From: Saprolegnia diclina VS20
Lineage: Eukaryota
Direction: 5' to 3'
Length of the DNA stretch: 20,000 bases
Assembly (NCBI RefSeq): GCF_000281045.1
Contig: NW_008246080.1
Span: 675,185 to 695,184, forward strand
The translations under genes were made by a program, and so were the position numbers. Positions 8,969 to 20,000 of the stretch are shown one piece after another (positions within the stretch are counted from its first letter, which is position 1; each line of letters starts with the position of its first letter). The notes under the pieces are model-generated. The model saw nothing but the letters and a program-made list of their open reading frames with translations. It searched no databases and was not told the origin of the DNA.

Positions 8969-10804
8969 TTAGACGTACGAGCCATACGCCGTCACGAGCG
9001 CATCCGGTTGGAAGTGACGCCACGCCATGACGAGCTCGCTGTAGTGCTCCGGGTGCGCGCGCTGGAACGACATCGGGTCCTACACCGCACAAAACATCAA
9101 CACTATTCTTCGACTCGCAAAATGCCGTACCTCGGCAAAGCACACGAAAATCGTGTGAAGCGCCGTGATGACGAGGTTGGCGAGGATCATGGCCATGCTC
9201 ACGCCGGAAATGAAGCCAATCGTGCCAAAAATGACTACGAAACAAACACATATTGTCCATGGTCCAGCAGACAATAGAGATCAACGCACCAAAGACAGTT
9301 GTCTGGTCCATGTTGGCACCGAGCTGGCTCTGCCAATGGATGGGCGCAAACTGCGCGACAAGAAGCCCGAGGCAGCACGAGAGAATGCCGACGCCAAACG
9401 CACCAATCGTAAGCGCCGTCGACGCGAGGTCGTCATTGATGACAGCGGTCCAGCCGCGGTTGTTGAAGAGGTCAATGACCGCCTTCCCGCTCGTGCGAAA
9501 GTCAAAGCCGTAGATGCCCACGTACGTGTACGCCCACTGGTTGAAGTACTCCATAATGTTCTCAATGCAGTTGAGAACACACTCGGCGAGGCACGCGACG
9601 CAGGCCAGCGCTGCGTTGTCGTCCTGCTGCGCTTGGTTGCGGATCACTCGCGCCATCTATTTCATACGAGATGGCATGAGCATTCTGCGTCAAATAGTTA
9701 AAAAAAAGCGCAAAATGGACCCAAATTCACAAAAAATGCATGAAAAATCGCATAAAAAAAACAGCGAAAAAGATGCAACAGTACCGTGCGCATGGCCGAG
9801 AGGACGGCGACGATGAGCGAGCCAAAGCAGATCGACCCAAACGACGACGTCATCGAGCGGTAGAGCGCGCCGCCGACGCCGCTCGTGGGCGACGAGTGGT
9901 ACCACCAGGACGCGACCGTGCCCGCTGTCGTCGTCGTGAGCACGTTCTGGACGACCTGCTGGCCCCAAAAGACGCTCACGAGGAGGAAGAACATGGTGAC
10001 ACCAAAGCCCGAGCCGCCGCAGGCCCGGCCACGGGCCTCCTCGTCGGCGCAGTGCGGGTCCGCGGTGCGGAACATCTGGTAGACGCCGACTGTACTGAGG
10101 CCCCAGACCGCCACCCAGATGACTTGGATGACGAGGAGGAAGATCGCGACGCCAAAGATTGAAATGTACTCGTTCAGCGCCGAGCACGCAATCTTGAGGT
10201 TGGCTGACGCAAACCCGATGCGGTTCTGCACCGCGTAAATGTAGCTACAAATACGAGGATCGCATGAGCATAGACATATGGTGCGAAGAGGGTATACCAA
10301 ATGTTGATGGCCGCAAGGAAGAGAAAGACAAAGGGCATGATCGGATTCACAAACAGCGTGGCGACGGCAAAACCAAAGAGCAAGCCGACGTTCGTCCAGA
10401 GAGCAAACTTGATCATGTGCTCGGCAAAGGCCATGAGCAGCTTCATCCAGATCGCCGAGAAGAGGACCGAGACGCCAATGAGGCCGCCGCTGACGCCGAG
10501 CACGACGCCAAGGCCCTTTTGCGCCTCGGGCGCCGGGTGGTCCTTCTCGTACTGGTTGATAAAGTCGAGGCCCTTGGTAAACTACATCGCCGCAGCCATG
10601 AGCCTCGGCCAGGATGCGAATGCTGCCTACCGCAAAGTAGGCAATCGCGACGAGATGGCCGATGAAGAGAAGCGCGAAGATGCCATCGTTGCACTTGGCC
10701 GTCACCGCCTCGCGCCGCATCGACTGGACGGGGCCGGTCGGGCCACCGCGCTTGTCGCCGGCGAGCATCGGCTCCTGCTGGTCCACCGACTGGTACTGGT
10801 ACAT
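8969..10804 (-). CDS. Choline transporter-like (CTL/SLC44/PNS1 family) membrane protein, 6 exons
   Basis: CNDGIFALLF, QNRIGFASANL, AGTVASWWY, MTSSFGSICFGSLIVA, YFNQWAYTYVGIYG and TIFVCFAEDP motifs. Introns 10582-10630, 10245-10297, 9657-9784, 9235-9289, 9080-9130; TAA at 8969-8971. Confidence 0.93.
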
Positions 10805-11368
10805 GCTCCTCCTCGCTTCGATCTCACGGAAATGGCAACGAAGAAGGAAACCAGCCGCTCCCGAGGCGATACAAAAGCAACGTTAAAACCTACATTCGGA
10901 TTTAGCTGGTCGTATCCGGATACGGTTTCCGGCTGCCTCACCAAACCGCCTTGAGAAAGTCGCCAACTTGTGTACGAGCGCAGATGATGATGACATTATG
11001 TACATCTTTAGAGGAGGAGCAGGAGCGTAGGGCCAGCTTTCGGCGTCCAACCAAGGCGATACCACCTATTTACTTGGCGACTTGAGCTACCAGTATCAGT
11101 ATGTTGTGCGCCATTCAACAACCCTATACTGGCTGCGAACACGTGAATTAAATCCCGTAGGTTTCAACCTGTAGCGAGAGGGCAACACTGTGGTTGGGAC
11201 CTATTGACGACCGACTAGATCCTCTTATGACTACAATGGTGAGTACAAGAATGGTCTCGTGCCAAGAGAGATCGTCGCCATTGAAGCGGCCCAGATTGCA
11301 CTTCCAATCTATCCGGACATCCGGATATGACCAACTCTGATCGTTGGGTCGCGCTTCACAGCTTGGCG

Positions 11369-12310
11369 ATGCCGCCGTCGACACCGATGCACCGCCTCGC
11401 GCTCCTGCGCGAGTGGCTTCAGCCGGTGACATCATCGCCCAAGCTCCACGAGCTCACGTTTGAGACGCTAGCGATCACATCATCGCTTCATGATGGCCCA
11501 AGCACCAGTGGCAACGCCGGTGTCCAAAACGGAGTTCTGTACGTCCGGCTGCACCGCCCCACAAAGCTCAACGCGTTCGACATGCAAATGTGGCACGAGC
11601 TCGAGATGCTGTTTGCGGCCATCGAGCACACGCCCGAGGTGCGTGCGGTTGTCGTCCGCGGCGAGGGCCGGGGCTTCTCATCGGGCATGGACCTCGGCGT
11701 CTTTGCTGCCATGCAAGAGCTCATGACGTCGTTTGACTGCGACGGCCGGAAGCGCGAGGCGCTTCTCCGCATCGTTGATCGCTTCCAGCGCATCATCTCG
11801 GCGCCCGAGCGCTGCCGCGTGCCTGTCATTGCCGCCGTCCATGGTAGCTGCATCGGCGGAGCCGTCGACTTTGTTACGGCCTGCGACATTCGCCTCTGCG
11901 ATGCGAGCGCCGAGTTTAGCGTCAAGGAGGTCGACCTTGCGATCGTGGCCGACGTCGGTACGCTCCAGCGACTGCCCAAACTTGTCGGCGAGCAGCGGGC
12001 CAAGGAGCTTGCGTACACGGGCCGAGCTTTCTGTGGTGTCGAGGCCGAGTCCATGGGCCTCGTTCTCAAGAGCTACGCAGATTCGACTCTACTCTTTGAA
12101 CACGCGACGGTGCTTGCAGCGACGATCGCAAGCAAGAGTCCACTCACAGTCCGAGGTGTCAAAACTGCGATTCAGTACCAGCGCGACCACTCGACCCAAG
12201 ACGCGCTCGACCAAGTTCGGCTGTGGAACGCCGCGATGCTTCATAGCGCCGACTTGACCGAGGCCATGACGGCCATCGCCATGCGCAAATCGCCAACGTA
12301 CCAAGACTAA
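11369..12310 (+). CDS. ECH1: Crotonase-family delta(3,5)-delta(2,4)-dienoyl-CoA isomerase-like protein, intronless
   Basis: RPTKLNAF, FSSGMDL, PVIAAVHGSCIGGAVD, FSVKEVDLAIVADVGTLQRLPKLVG (ECH1 subfamily motif). Start uncertain (11327, 11369 or 11387). Confidence 0.88.
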   Translation: MPPSTPMHRLALLREWLQPVTSSPKLHELTFETLAITSSLHDGPSTSGNAGVQNGVLYVRLHRPTKLNAFDMQMWHELEMLFAAIEHTPEVRAVVVRGEGRGFSSGMDLGVFAAMQELMTSFDCDGRKREALLRIVDRFQRIISAPERCRVPVIAAVHGSCIGGAVDFVTACDIRLCDASAEFSVKEVDLAIVADVGTLQRLPKLVGEQRAKELAYTGRAFCGVEAESMGLVLKSYADSTLLFEHATVLAATIASKSPLTVRGVKTAIQYQRDHSTQDALDQVRLWNAAMLHSADLTEAMTAIAMRKSPTYQD

Positions 12311-13271
12311 TTTTTGGCTAAACATTGGACAATAAGAAGGCCTTGTGAACGAGTGGGTGTCGTGCGTCATCTTTGATGCCACAATGCGTGAGGGATGATT
12401 GGGCCAGCTTATGATTCTCCGACGCATATGATCGCTCTGTACGGTGATGGCATAAGGGCTTTAATAGTATTGTGAACGTATGTGTGAAAACTTGAAGCAG
12501 CCAACGCCTCCAGAATACCAGTCGCTTGGCCTCAGTCCCTTGGGCGTCAGCGTATCAACCTCTCGTACCAACTCAAGTGGGTAGCGTAAGTCGACCTCAC
12601 AGTGAAAGTTGTGGTAGCAATGTAACCCCTTCAAAATGGGAGCTGTTTGTTGCAGCGTGTTGATGGAATGTGCACTCGTATGTGCTGATGCCACGTCATA
12701 TTGCACAACATCAATATATTGTAATAGAGAACTTTCGAAGCTCCTTTTTTTGCTCCTCTTTCACTTTCATTTTTGAAATGGTGCGATCTGATTGGCTGCT
12801 GAAACGAGACGTTCGCTTCGGTGACTTTCAACGTTGAGCAAATCGGCCAAAAAGTCAACGCGACTTTGAGTCTCACGAAGGGCGAGCTGCGGGCATCCGG
12901 AACGCTTAACCGTACGCGCCAGTCGTTGTCAATGACGTGAGGGCAGTCTCCACATCATCCAAGTCCAGAGTCTCAATCGCTTGGTTAATGCGCTCACCGT
13001 CCAGATCGTCGGCGATCTTTCGGCTCTTGTTGGTATCCGGATTTGTGGTGACAGGCCAGCGGGATTCTGCCACAAGGCTGCACTGTATTCAGCACTGTCT
13101 ATGGATCAAAAAGGCCTGCGACTGCCGTGGATGTTGGAAGCAGCAAGTCATGGTCAAGGGTCATTAGTGTATTGACCCTTGTCATGGTGCACCAGAGACA
13201 TCATCCGGATAACCCCGAATCTATTTTTAGATGGTCATGCCGCCGGGATGCCAGATTGCCGTTTGCGTGTC

Positions 13272-14144
13272 ATGAGCTTCCTCGAGCGCTTTGGCGATAA
13301 GATCTCGACCGTGACGATGCACGGGACGCTCAAGCGGTCCGACGGCAGCGAAGAGGTGCGCAGCGGTCCGCTCCGCAAGAAGCCGCAGGCGCCGTCGGCC
13401 CTCGCACCGCGGCCATCAGTCGGCGTCTCCAACAACGCGAGCCTCCACGAGCCGTACCTTGGAACCAAACCCGACGTCTCCAAGCCCAACAACATTGAAG
13501 GCAATGAAGATGATGACACATACGAACCGGTGGACGTCGCGCCTTCGAAGCGGTCGCCCAAGCCACAGGCGTCGCCGCCCAAGCGAGCGACCAAGCTCGC
13601 CAAGGCCGAGAAGCCGAGCCCAACAGAGCTCAACGAGCAGCGCGCGGTGACCGAGCATGACCAGCTCGCGTTTTCCAAGAAGGCGCGGCCAGTTCAGTAC
13701 GAGCCTTGCACGCTCTCCGAGTACAAGCAAGAAAAACATGCGGGTTACTACGAGCTCGGGAAGCTCAAGCCCGACTTGAACGCTGACGACTTGGTCGAGA
13801 AGCGCGCCAACAAGGAGCGCATAAAAGAGTTTTCCAAGAACCTTCGCGCGATCAACCAGACGACGCTCAAAAAGCGCGATGTTGTTGAGACAGCTGCACC
13901 AGAGAAGACGCTGTCAACACGGGACAAGGCCCTCGCGTTTGCAAAGGACAAGGTGCCCAAGCCCAAGCTGGTCATGAAGAAAGCCCCGAGCCCCAAGCCC
14001 GTCAAGAACGAGCACCGCGCGTCGCCGCGTCGGACGCCGCCGTTGGAGCCCAATGTTCCGATCGAGTCGGAACTGCAGCAGCTGCAGCTCAAGCACCGCG
14101 CCGCCCGGGCGCAGGTCGAGGCGCTCATGCGGGATAGCTCGTAG
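13272..14144 (+). CDS. JHY-domain (Jhy ciliary protein-like) protein, basic and low complexity
   Basis: YEPCTLSEYK..YYELGKLKPDL..KRANKERIKEFSKNLR..RDKALAFAK..VPKP..LQQLQLKH resembles the conserved JHY C-terminal region; coding-like codon usage from ATG 13272. Confidence 0.7.
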   Translation: MSFLERFGDKISTVTMHGTLKRSDGSEEVRSGPLRKKPQAPSALAPRPSVGVSNNASLHEPYLGTKPDVSKPNNIEGNEDDDTYEPVDVAPSKRSPKPQASPPKRATKLAKAEKPSPTELNEQRAVTEHDQLAFSKKARPVQYEPCTLSEYKQEKHAGYYELGKLKPDLNADDLVEKRANKERIKEFSKNLRAINQTTLKKRDVVETAAPEKTLSTRDKALAFAKDKVPKPKLVMKKAPSPKPVKNEHRASPRRTPPLEPNVPIESELQQLQLKHRAARAQVEALMRDSS

Positions 14145-14495
14145 ACGCGTTGACGTCGATGCATTAATGCATAGGTATTGACATGGGTGATGTAGAACTT
14201 TCAACCAAGTCGTTTTGTTCACAAGATCAGGCTGCAACTTATGAAATGGCAAACCTGGGACCTGGGATGCGAGCAAAGCAAATACAAAGGCGACGAGCAT
14301 ACACTACTGTACTGTAGGTAGCTTCGGACGCACGAAACACAATGTCTTCCTTCTCGCTCGCGTTGCCTGTATGCGTCGAAGGAGACTGTGATTGGCGTAT
14401 CTGCACCATGAAGCGAGAGTTGAGAGCCTCGTTTACAAATTATGACTTTATTAGGGAATACACAGTGGCGGATGTACATTTAGACATTGCGAGCA

Positions 14496-15015
14496 TTAGC
14501 CCCAGGCTTGCGTGCGGCTGTAGTTGAGGACGAGGGTCCCATTGACATGAAAGCACTAGATATGACGTCAGTGACCTCGACATAGAACAAGGACGACCTC
14601 GTGCAATTCGCTGAGCTTTTGATCTGGCGTCGGCGCAAACGACGCGTTGCAATAGACAAACTACATGACACGAGATGCATGAGGAGCCCTGGGTTGGCAT
14701 CGCATGCGTACAAGCGCATCTTCGTCCTTGAGACGCAGCTGCTTGCGGAGGAACGAGTAGACCTACTCGCCATAGACGCATGATTCGTTGGCCTTCGCTT
14801 GGTACATCATGAGTCGTACGACGCCCAGCGGATCGGCGCCGTTGACCGTGAACTTGCTGCGCTTCATGATGGGTGCACCGCCAACGGCTGTGAACTGGAT
14901 CGTGACTACGCCAGCGTGCTGTTGTAGGAGTGCTATGGAAGCAGCGTGTACCCTTCTCAGGTCCCTCGGGGCGCGCGTGCAGGGCGAGGCCGGCCATCGC
15001 TGCTTCCTCGGCCAT
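14496..15015 (-). CDS. ATG12: Ubiquitin-like autophagy protein ATG12, 5 exons
   Basis: Spliced product ...KVTIQFTAVGGAPIMKRSKFTV...FLRKQLRL...LFVYCNASFAPTPDQKLSELHECFHVNGTLVLNYSRTQAWG*. Introns 14906-14951, 14763-14819, 14661-14711, 14556-14597. Not visible as a single ORF in the track. Confidence 0.96.
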
Positions 15016-15216
15016 CTTGCTTGTCGGCTGTCTGGCAAAAGATCGTCTCTTGGCGGTTCTATGTCGGCAAGGACATCCGGTTTACGGATTCAAAATAGCA
15101 GTGTGTTTGTATGTCGTTTAGGAGAGACGTGCTCGGACGTTCTTGTCCGGATAGTGGGAGGTCAGCGGTTTGTTGTTGGTAAGCCGCGGGTCCAGCACCG
15201 AGGACGACGGAGACGC

Positions 15217-16349
15217 ATGGCGCTCAACTTCTGGCAGTCATCGCACTAGTAGGCCACGGATGCTAGCGCTGCATGAGGCTCATGGGCTACTTCTAGCCTG
15301 CACTGGATGAAGGCGCTGCGGCTTGAAGACCTCAAGCGCATCAACCCGAAGGACACGTCGCTCGAGATTAGCGAGGTCGAGAGCATCCACTTGGCCATGA
15401 TCTCGCGTACGCCAACCGTCATGCGCATGGCGCTCATGCAATACTCGATGTAGTCATGGAAGAGCTCGGCGCGCGCCTGCACATCAACCAGATCATCATC
15501 TGCACAGCCATCTTGATCTACCGCCGGTTCTACCTCACGTACGACCTGCAACGACGCCTGTATGGCCTCATGTATGCGTGCAGGCAGAGCTTTTGCGACT
15601 TTGATCCGCGCCTTGTGTGTGGGACGGCGCTCTTCATCTCGTCCAAGGTCGAAGAGTGCCAAGCCCGGCTCTCAGACATCACTACGACCCTCCACGAGCT
15701 GACGACCCGTACGTCATCGACCACCGACGAGTTGTCATCGCCTACCTCTCTCTAGCGTACACGGAAGACCGCGAAACCTTCTTTGAGTTTACCGAAAAGG
15801 ACATTATCGAGTGCGAATTCTTCGTCATCGAGGCAATGCAGTACGACATGATCATGCACCACCCTTTCCCGACGCTCATCAAGTACGCCTGCGTCATCTC
15901 TACCAAACGGATGCGACCATAGTCGTAGGCTCTACGATGAGTTTGAGGTCGAATTTCCCATGGACGAGCACAGCTTCAAGATGGCATGGTAGACTTTCAT
16001 CCGTCTACAAACGAAAGGACTATTCGATGTAGGGACCTCACGCTGTATACGTACCGGACTCACCTCATCATGCTCCACCCGCCATTTATGATTGCGCACG
16101 CCGTGCTCTTCCTCACACTCGTGGACGCAGCGTACGACGGCCACGACATGCTCGACAAGTGCAACATCAACCACGCCATGGTATTATCGTTTCGATCTCG
16201 ATTTGGTACACTTGACGAGAGATGACGCGCAGGTGGTGGACATTGCGACCGAGCTGCAGCAGTCGATTGAAGAGCACAAGGCGCTCTGCGCGCTGCAAGC
16301 CACGGCCCTTGCCAAGCTCGCCGAGATCGTCCCCGACCCCTTTGCTTAG
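15217..16349 (+). CDS. CCNC: Cyclin C (Mediator CDK8 module), 8 exons
   Basis: MALNFWQSSH start, QIIICTAILIYRRFY, TALFISSKVEEC, IIECEFFVIEAM..HHPF, YRTHLIMLHPPFMIA. Introns 15249-15296, 15407-15453, 15539-15583, 15709-15755, 15883-15928, 15989-16032, 16181-16232. Confidence 0.93.
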
Positions 16350-16957
16350 TCCTAGACGCCTACTACTTATACCCTCGGTGCTTCCACATCCTCTGGACGC
16401 TTTCCTCCATCCGCCTCCACGATGGCTCTCTTCTCCCTGCAACGCTCTGGGCTCTGGGTGGCGACGGAGGCTAATACAGTGATGAACCAACGTGGTGTGC
16501 CATTGGCAGCCGTGCAATGAGACTGGTACACAGAGCGCCTGCATAATGGCTTGCTTGGTGCGTAGCAATCCTGCCATGCATCGTTGCCACGGTCTTGTCA
16601 GTTGCTCAAACCTTTGTCTCAACCGGTCGGTTGGCGAGGGCGTCCGCCGATGGACCCTAAACCTAGCGTTGCTGTGACCGGCGCAGTTGACATGCAACTG
16701 CAACCGATTAAACAATTAATGAATGAACGTCATATCCACCTGTCCATGCGCCGCGCGCCGCCATGCCCGAGCGACTGAAGAAGAAGGTTGCTGGTCGCTT
16801 CGTGTGCAAAGTCTGTATTAACAAAGCCGTTCATGTATCAATGTATCAACTCAACACAGCATGAGCGCGAATCGCCAATCGTTCGCGCAACACACTTAAC
16901 ACACCACGACTTGGGTACTAGCGGTGCTTAGCACAGTTTTCTTTTCTTCTTCTTCTA

Positions 16958-18879
16958 TTAGATCCACTGCTTGTACAACTTGAAGTAGGAGATGATCCCG
17001 AGCGAGATCGCGCCGAGGACGCCCCACCAGACAAAGTACCCGTTCTCCGTGTGCAGTTCGGGCATGTTGTCAAAGTTCATGCCGTAGAGACCCGTGAGGA
17101 ACGTCGCGGGCAGGAAGACCGCCGCGACGATCGACATGGTAAACTGAATGTCGGCCTGCGCCTTTGCGCGCGCTTGCTGGTCCTCGTTGAAGACGACGTT
17201 GAGCGCACCTTGAAACTCCTTGATCTCAGTCGCCATGTGCTTGAGGTGGTCCTTGACGTCCCGAATGTAATTTTTGACCTCGCCCTAGTCCATACATCTC
17301 GTTCGATACGCGACATTGCTTCATAAATAGTGTACGTCGCGGAACTCGTCTTGGTCGAGGAGCTGGCCCTCGACGAGGTCGAGCATCGGGCGCACGATCT
17401 TCTCGATGACGACGAGTTGCTTCTTGGCGAGGAAAATGCGCTTCGAATCAAAGTCCCGGCCTTGCGCGACCTGGAGCTGCTCGAGGGCGCTCACCACCAC
17501 GTCAAAGACCTCGACGAGCGGCAAAATTTCGTCGACGACCGCGTTGAGAATCGCGACAGTCAGAAACTGCGGGCCGTGGTTGCGCAGCTTGGAGTAGCTC
17601 TTGGCCATGTTGCGTTCGTAAATCGACTCCCAGAGGTGGAAGCCGCCGATCTTATCGGCATCGTTGTCCTCTTGGATCGAGACCACGTCGTTCTTGGCGT
17701 TGACAAAGACGCAGAGCTGCTGCGGCTTGCGGAGGAGGCGCTCGAGCTTGGCGAGCGTGGCGGTGAGGTCGTCGACATTGGGCGGCGACGACGTGCGCCA
17801 GCCATCGACGAACGCCAGGTCCTTCTCAAACAGCGTTGCTTGGTGCTTCTTGACGCAGTCGACGAGGAAGTCGGCCGTGCTCTCGTCGAACGCTCGAAGC
17901 ACCGGGACGACCTACATCGATCGATTCGTTTAGGAAGAAGACGCTAGGACCATGGAGAAGAGAGAGGCACGTACGAGGAACGTGTGGTCTTGGTAGTGCT
18001 CGTACTTGCAGCGGATCTTGTCGCTCTTCTTGAGCGCGTCCTCGAGCGCGAGCGGGTGGAACTGGTACTTGATCGCGAGGCGGCGCAAGTGAATGTCGTT
18101 GAGATCGCTCACGCCCGCGAGGTGCACCCAGCGCACCTTGGCCCAGTTCGGCTTGGACGAGAAGAAGAAGCTCTTGAGGTTCTGGACGTGCGACACGGTG
18201 TAGATGGTCTCGGGCGAGTAGTCGGTCACATGGAAGGTCGCCGACGGTGTCTCGTCCTTGGCGCACACGTCGGGCTTGAAGAGGTGCGCAAGCTTGATCA
18301 TCTGCACGACGTGAATAAACTCGCCGAGCGAAATCGCTCCGTCATGGTCCGTGTCGACCTTCTTGATGAGCTTGGTCAAGTCGACATGCTCCGGGCACGA
18401 GATGCCAAGGGCGAGAAGGCCTTTGTGGAACTGGTCGTACGTCACCGTCTCTTGACCTAATAGCTCGCATGAGATGCCAGGAATCGTGTCGAGAAGCATC
18501 TACCTTTGGGCGAGAAGAACTTAAACATGCGCTTCATGCGGCCGGTCGTCACGTCGTAGTACGGGTCGAGGAGGATGTGGAGGTCCTCCTTCAGGTCGGC
18601 CTCGGCGTCGCCAAACTCGGAGCTCTGGCGACCGGACACCTTGGTGCCCACCGCGCTTGCGACCTCGGCCCCGTGGTCCCACTCGAGCTGCTGCGCGTCT
18701 TCGATTGTGAGCTTGGAGTGCGCCGGCGACGACCACGCTTCGTCAACGGTAGGCGACTCGTCGATGCGGATCTCGAGCGGCGCCGCCTCGGGCATCGGCG
18801 GCAAGTGCTCGTGCTCCAAGAAGGACGCGTGCAGCGCGCCGTTGCTCGCGCTGCGCCGGCCCGTGCGCGAAGTGGTCAT
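16958..18879 (-). CDS. CorA-family Mg2+ transporter with N-terminal EF-hand, 4 exons
   Basis: FLPATFLTGLYGMNFDNMPEL (GMN + MPEL), FHPLALEDAL, EF-hand loop DTDHDGAISLGE. Introns 18457-18503, 17912-17974, 17285-17335. Confidence 0.92.
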
Positions 18880-18950
18880 GTTGCGGCTACGAGGAGATTC
18901 GGCGACTGTTTCGATGCCAACTGATGGGCGTGACTTACAGGCCGGCGCCG

Positions 18951-19190
18951 CATTGATTGGCCAGCTCGCTTCCTTCCAGCTCACGTCACAGGAACGCAGG
19001 AACGCCGCCAGTGATTTGTAGCGGCCAATTCGACGACCTTTGCAAGGTGCGCTACCGTGTCCTGGCCGTCGTCGGCGGCTGTGGCTGCGGCGGCGCGGCA
19101 GCGAGGCTCGGACGCCGCCGACCGCAACCGTGACTTGAAGCTGGATCAGCCAATGAAACGCAAGGTGTACCCGTTTCAAAGCCAATCACA
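18951..19190 (-). promoter_or_regulatory. CCAAT-box cluster upstream of the CorA gene
   Basis: TGATTGGC at 18954-18961 and CCAAT at 19025, 19150, 19182. Confidence 0.45.
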
Positions 19191-20000
19191 GGCTGGCGTG
19201 GCAGATCCTCAGGAGCAGTGGTCGACCAGTTGACTGCTGGGATGCTGCGAGAGCAATTTGATATGGCTGCACGCGTGCGGACAACGTCCACTACCCGTAT
19301 ACATGTCGAAGTATATCAAGACACAATTCGAATGGACATAGAACTACTGTGTTGACCCGAGAGCTGCAATAAGAACTGGATCACGAGAGTACTAGCATTT
19401 TCACCTGCAAAACGGAGTCGGAAATGCCGTCTCGGCAGCAACAAGCGAGCTAACGTCAGCCAGTTTCAGCAAAAGCCGACGGGCTGTTAGCGTACGACGT
19501 TTGTTCGCGACCAAGTCGTCCATAGTCGGAGCAGCTCAACTCGACAATCTTGTTGAAAGACCTGCTTTCCAACCTTCGTTTCGGACCATGAGTATCCTGG
19601 ATTTGCATTGCATTTTCACATAAAGTACGCACACTATACAGGTTGCGTTGTATAGTGTGACAGTAAGGCCTCATATGGTGTTCTATTATAAAATTACGCT
19701 GCCAAGATGAAGTTAACCGTAAATATACGCTAGCTCGTACGATCCCATGTAAAATTATGCGGAAACACCTGGTTTTAAGCGGATTTCTATGCGCCATGCA
19801 GAAATCGCGCCATCTCATTTGCCTCTTCATGAGGTGCAATGAAATCTACGCAAGGAATCATGCGATTGTTCACGTAGCAACGTTTAAATGTACGGTAGAT
19901 AGTGCAAGACCGTACTTATACAGGATCATTTTCTACAGTACGTTCAGTTTTACTTTGTTTTCAAAGTTGACATCACAAATGACTTTGATGATCGTATGTG

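Noticed and set aside
5317..10840. GTTGCC/GGCAAC half-sites (5317, 6714, 10834) as RFX X-boxes for ciliary genes
   Set aside because: No full X-box, and RFX factors are not known from stramenopiles.
12420..13170. Short ORFs between ECH1 and the JHY-like gene
   Set aside because: No recognisable motif or codon bias; a TCTGATTGGCTG box at 12787 suggests regulatory DNA, though an unrecognised small gene cannot be excluded.
990..19185. Many long antisense and alternate-frame ORFs (e.g. 990-1730, 2176-2775, 17330-17947)
   Set aside because: Shadows of GC3-rich coding sequence on the opposite strand.
19200..20000. AT-richer terminal region with a 127-aa ORF
   Set aside because: No recognisable protein or RNA gene; treated as intergenic.

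Overview
Eukaryotic, GC-rich genomic DNA with short (42-128 nt) GT-AG introns and dense gene packing, most consistent with an oomycete (Saprolegniales-like; inference). Spliced genes reconstructed by hand: IFT122 (minus, 11 exons, apparent frameshift near the 3' end), a choline-transporter-like (CTL/SLC44/PNS1) gene, an ECH1-like dienoyl-CoA isomerase, a JHY-domain protein, ATG12, cyclin C and an EF-hand-containing CorA Mg2+ transporter. The first 8.8 kb is a rearranged cluster of five paralogues of an intronless Uma2-like PD-(D/E)XK nuclease-fold gene, interleaved with IFT122 and duplicated pieces of its 3' end, with two N gaps. Only one copy (5326-6183) is intact. In another copy the predicted catalytic core is replaced by an inverted, paralogue-derived segment, giving a 439-bp near-perfect palindrome (candidate hairpin-RNA silencer of its own nuclease family). 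A palindromic ATCCGGAT motif recurs just upstream of most genes.
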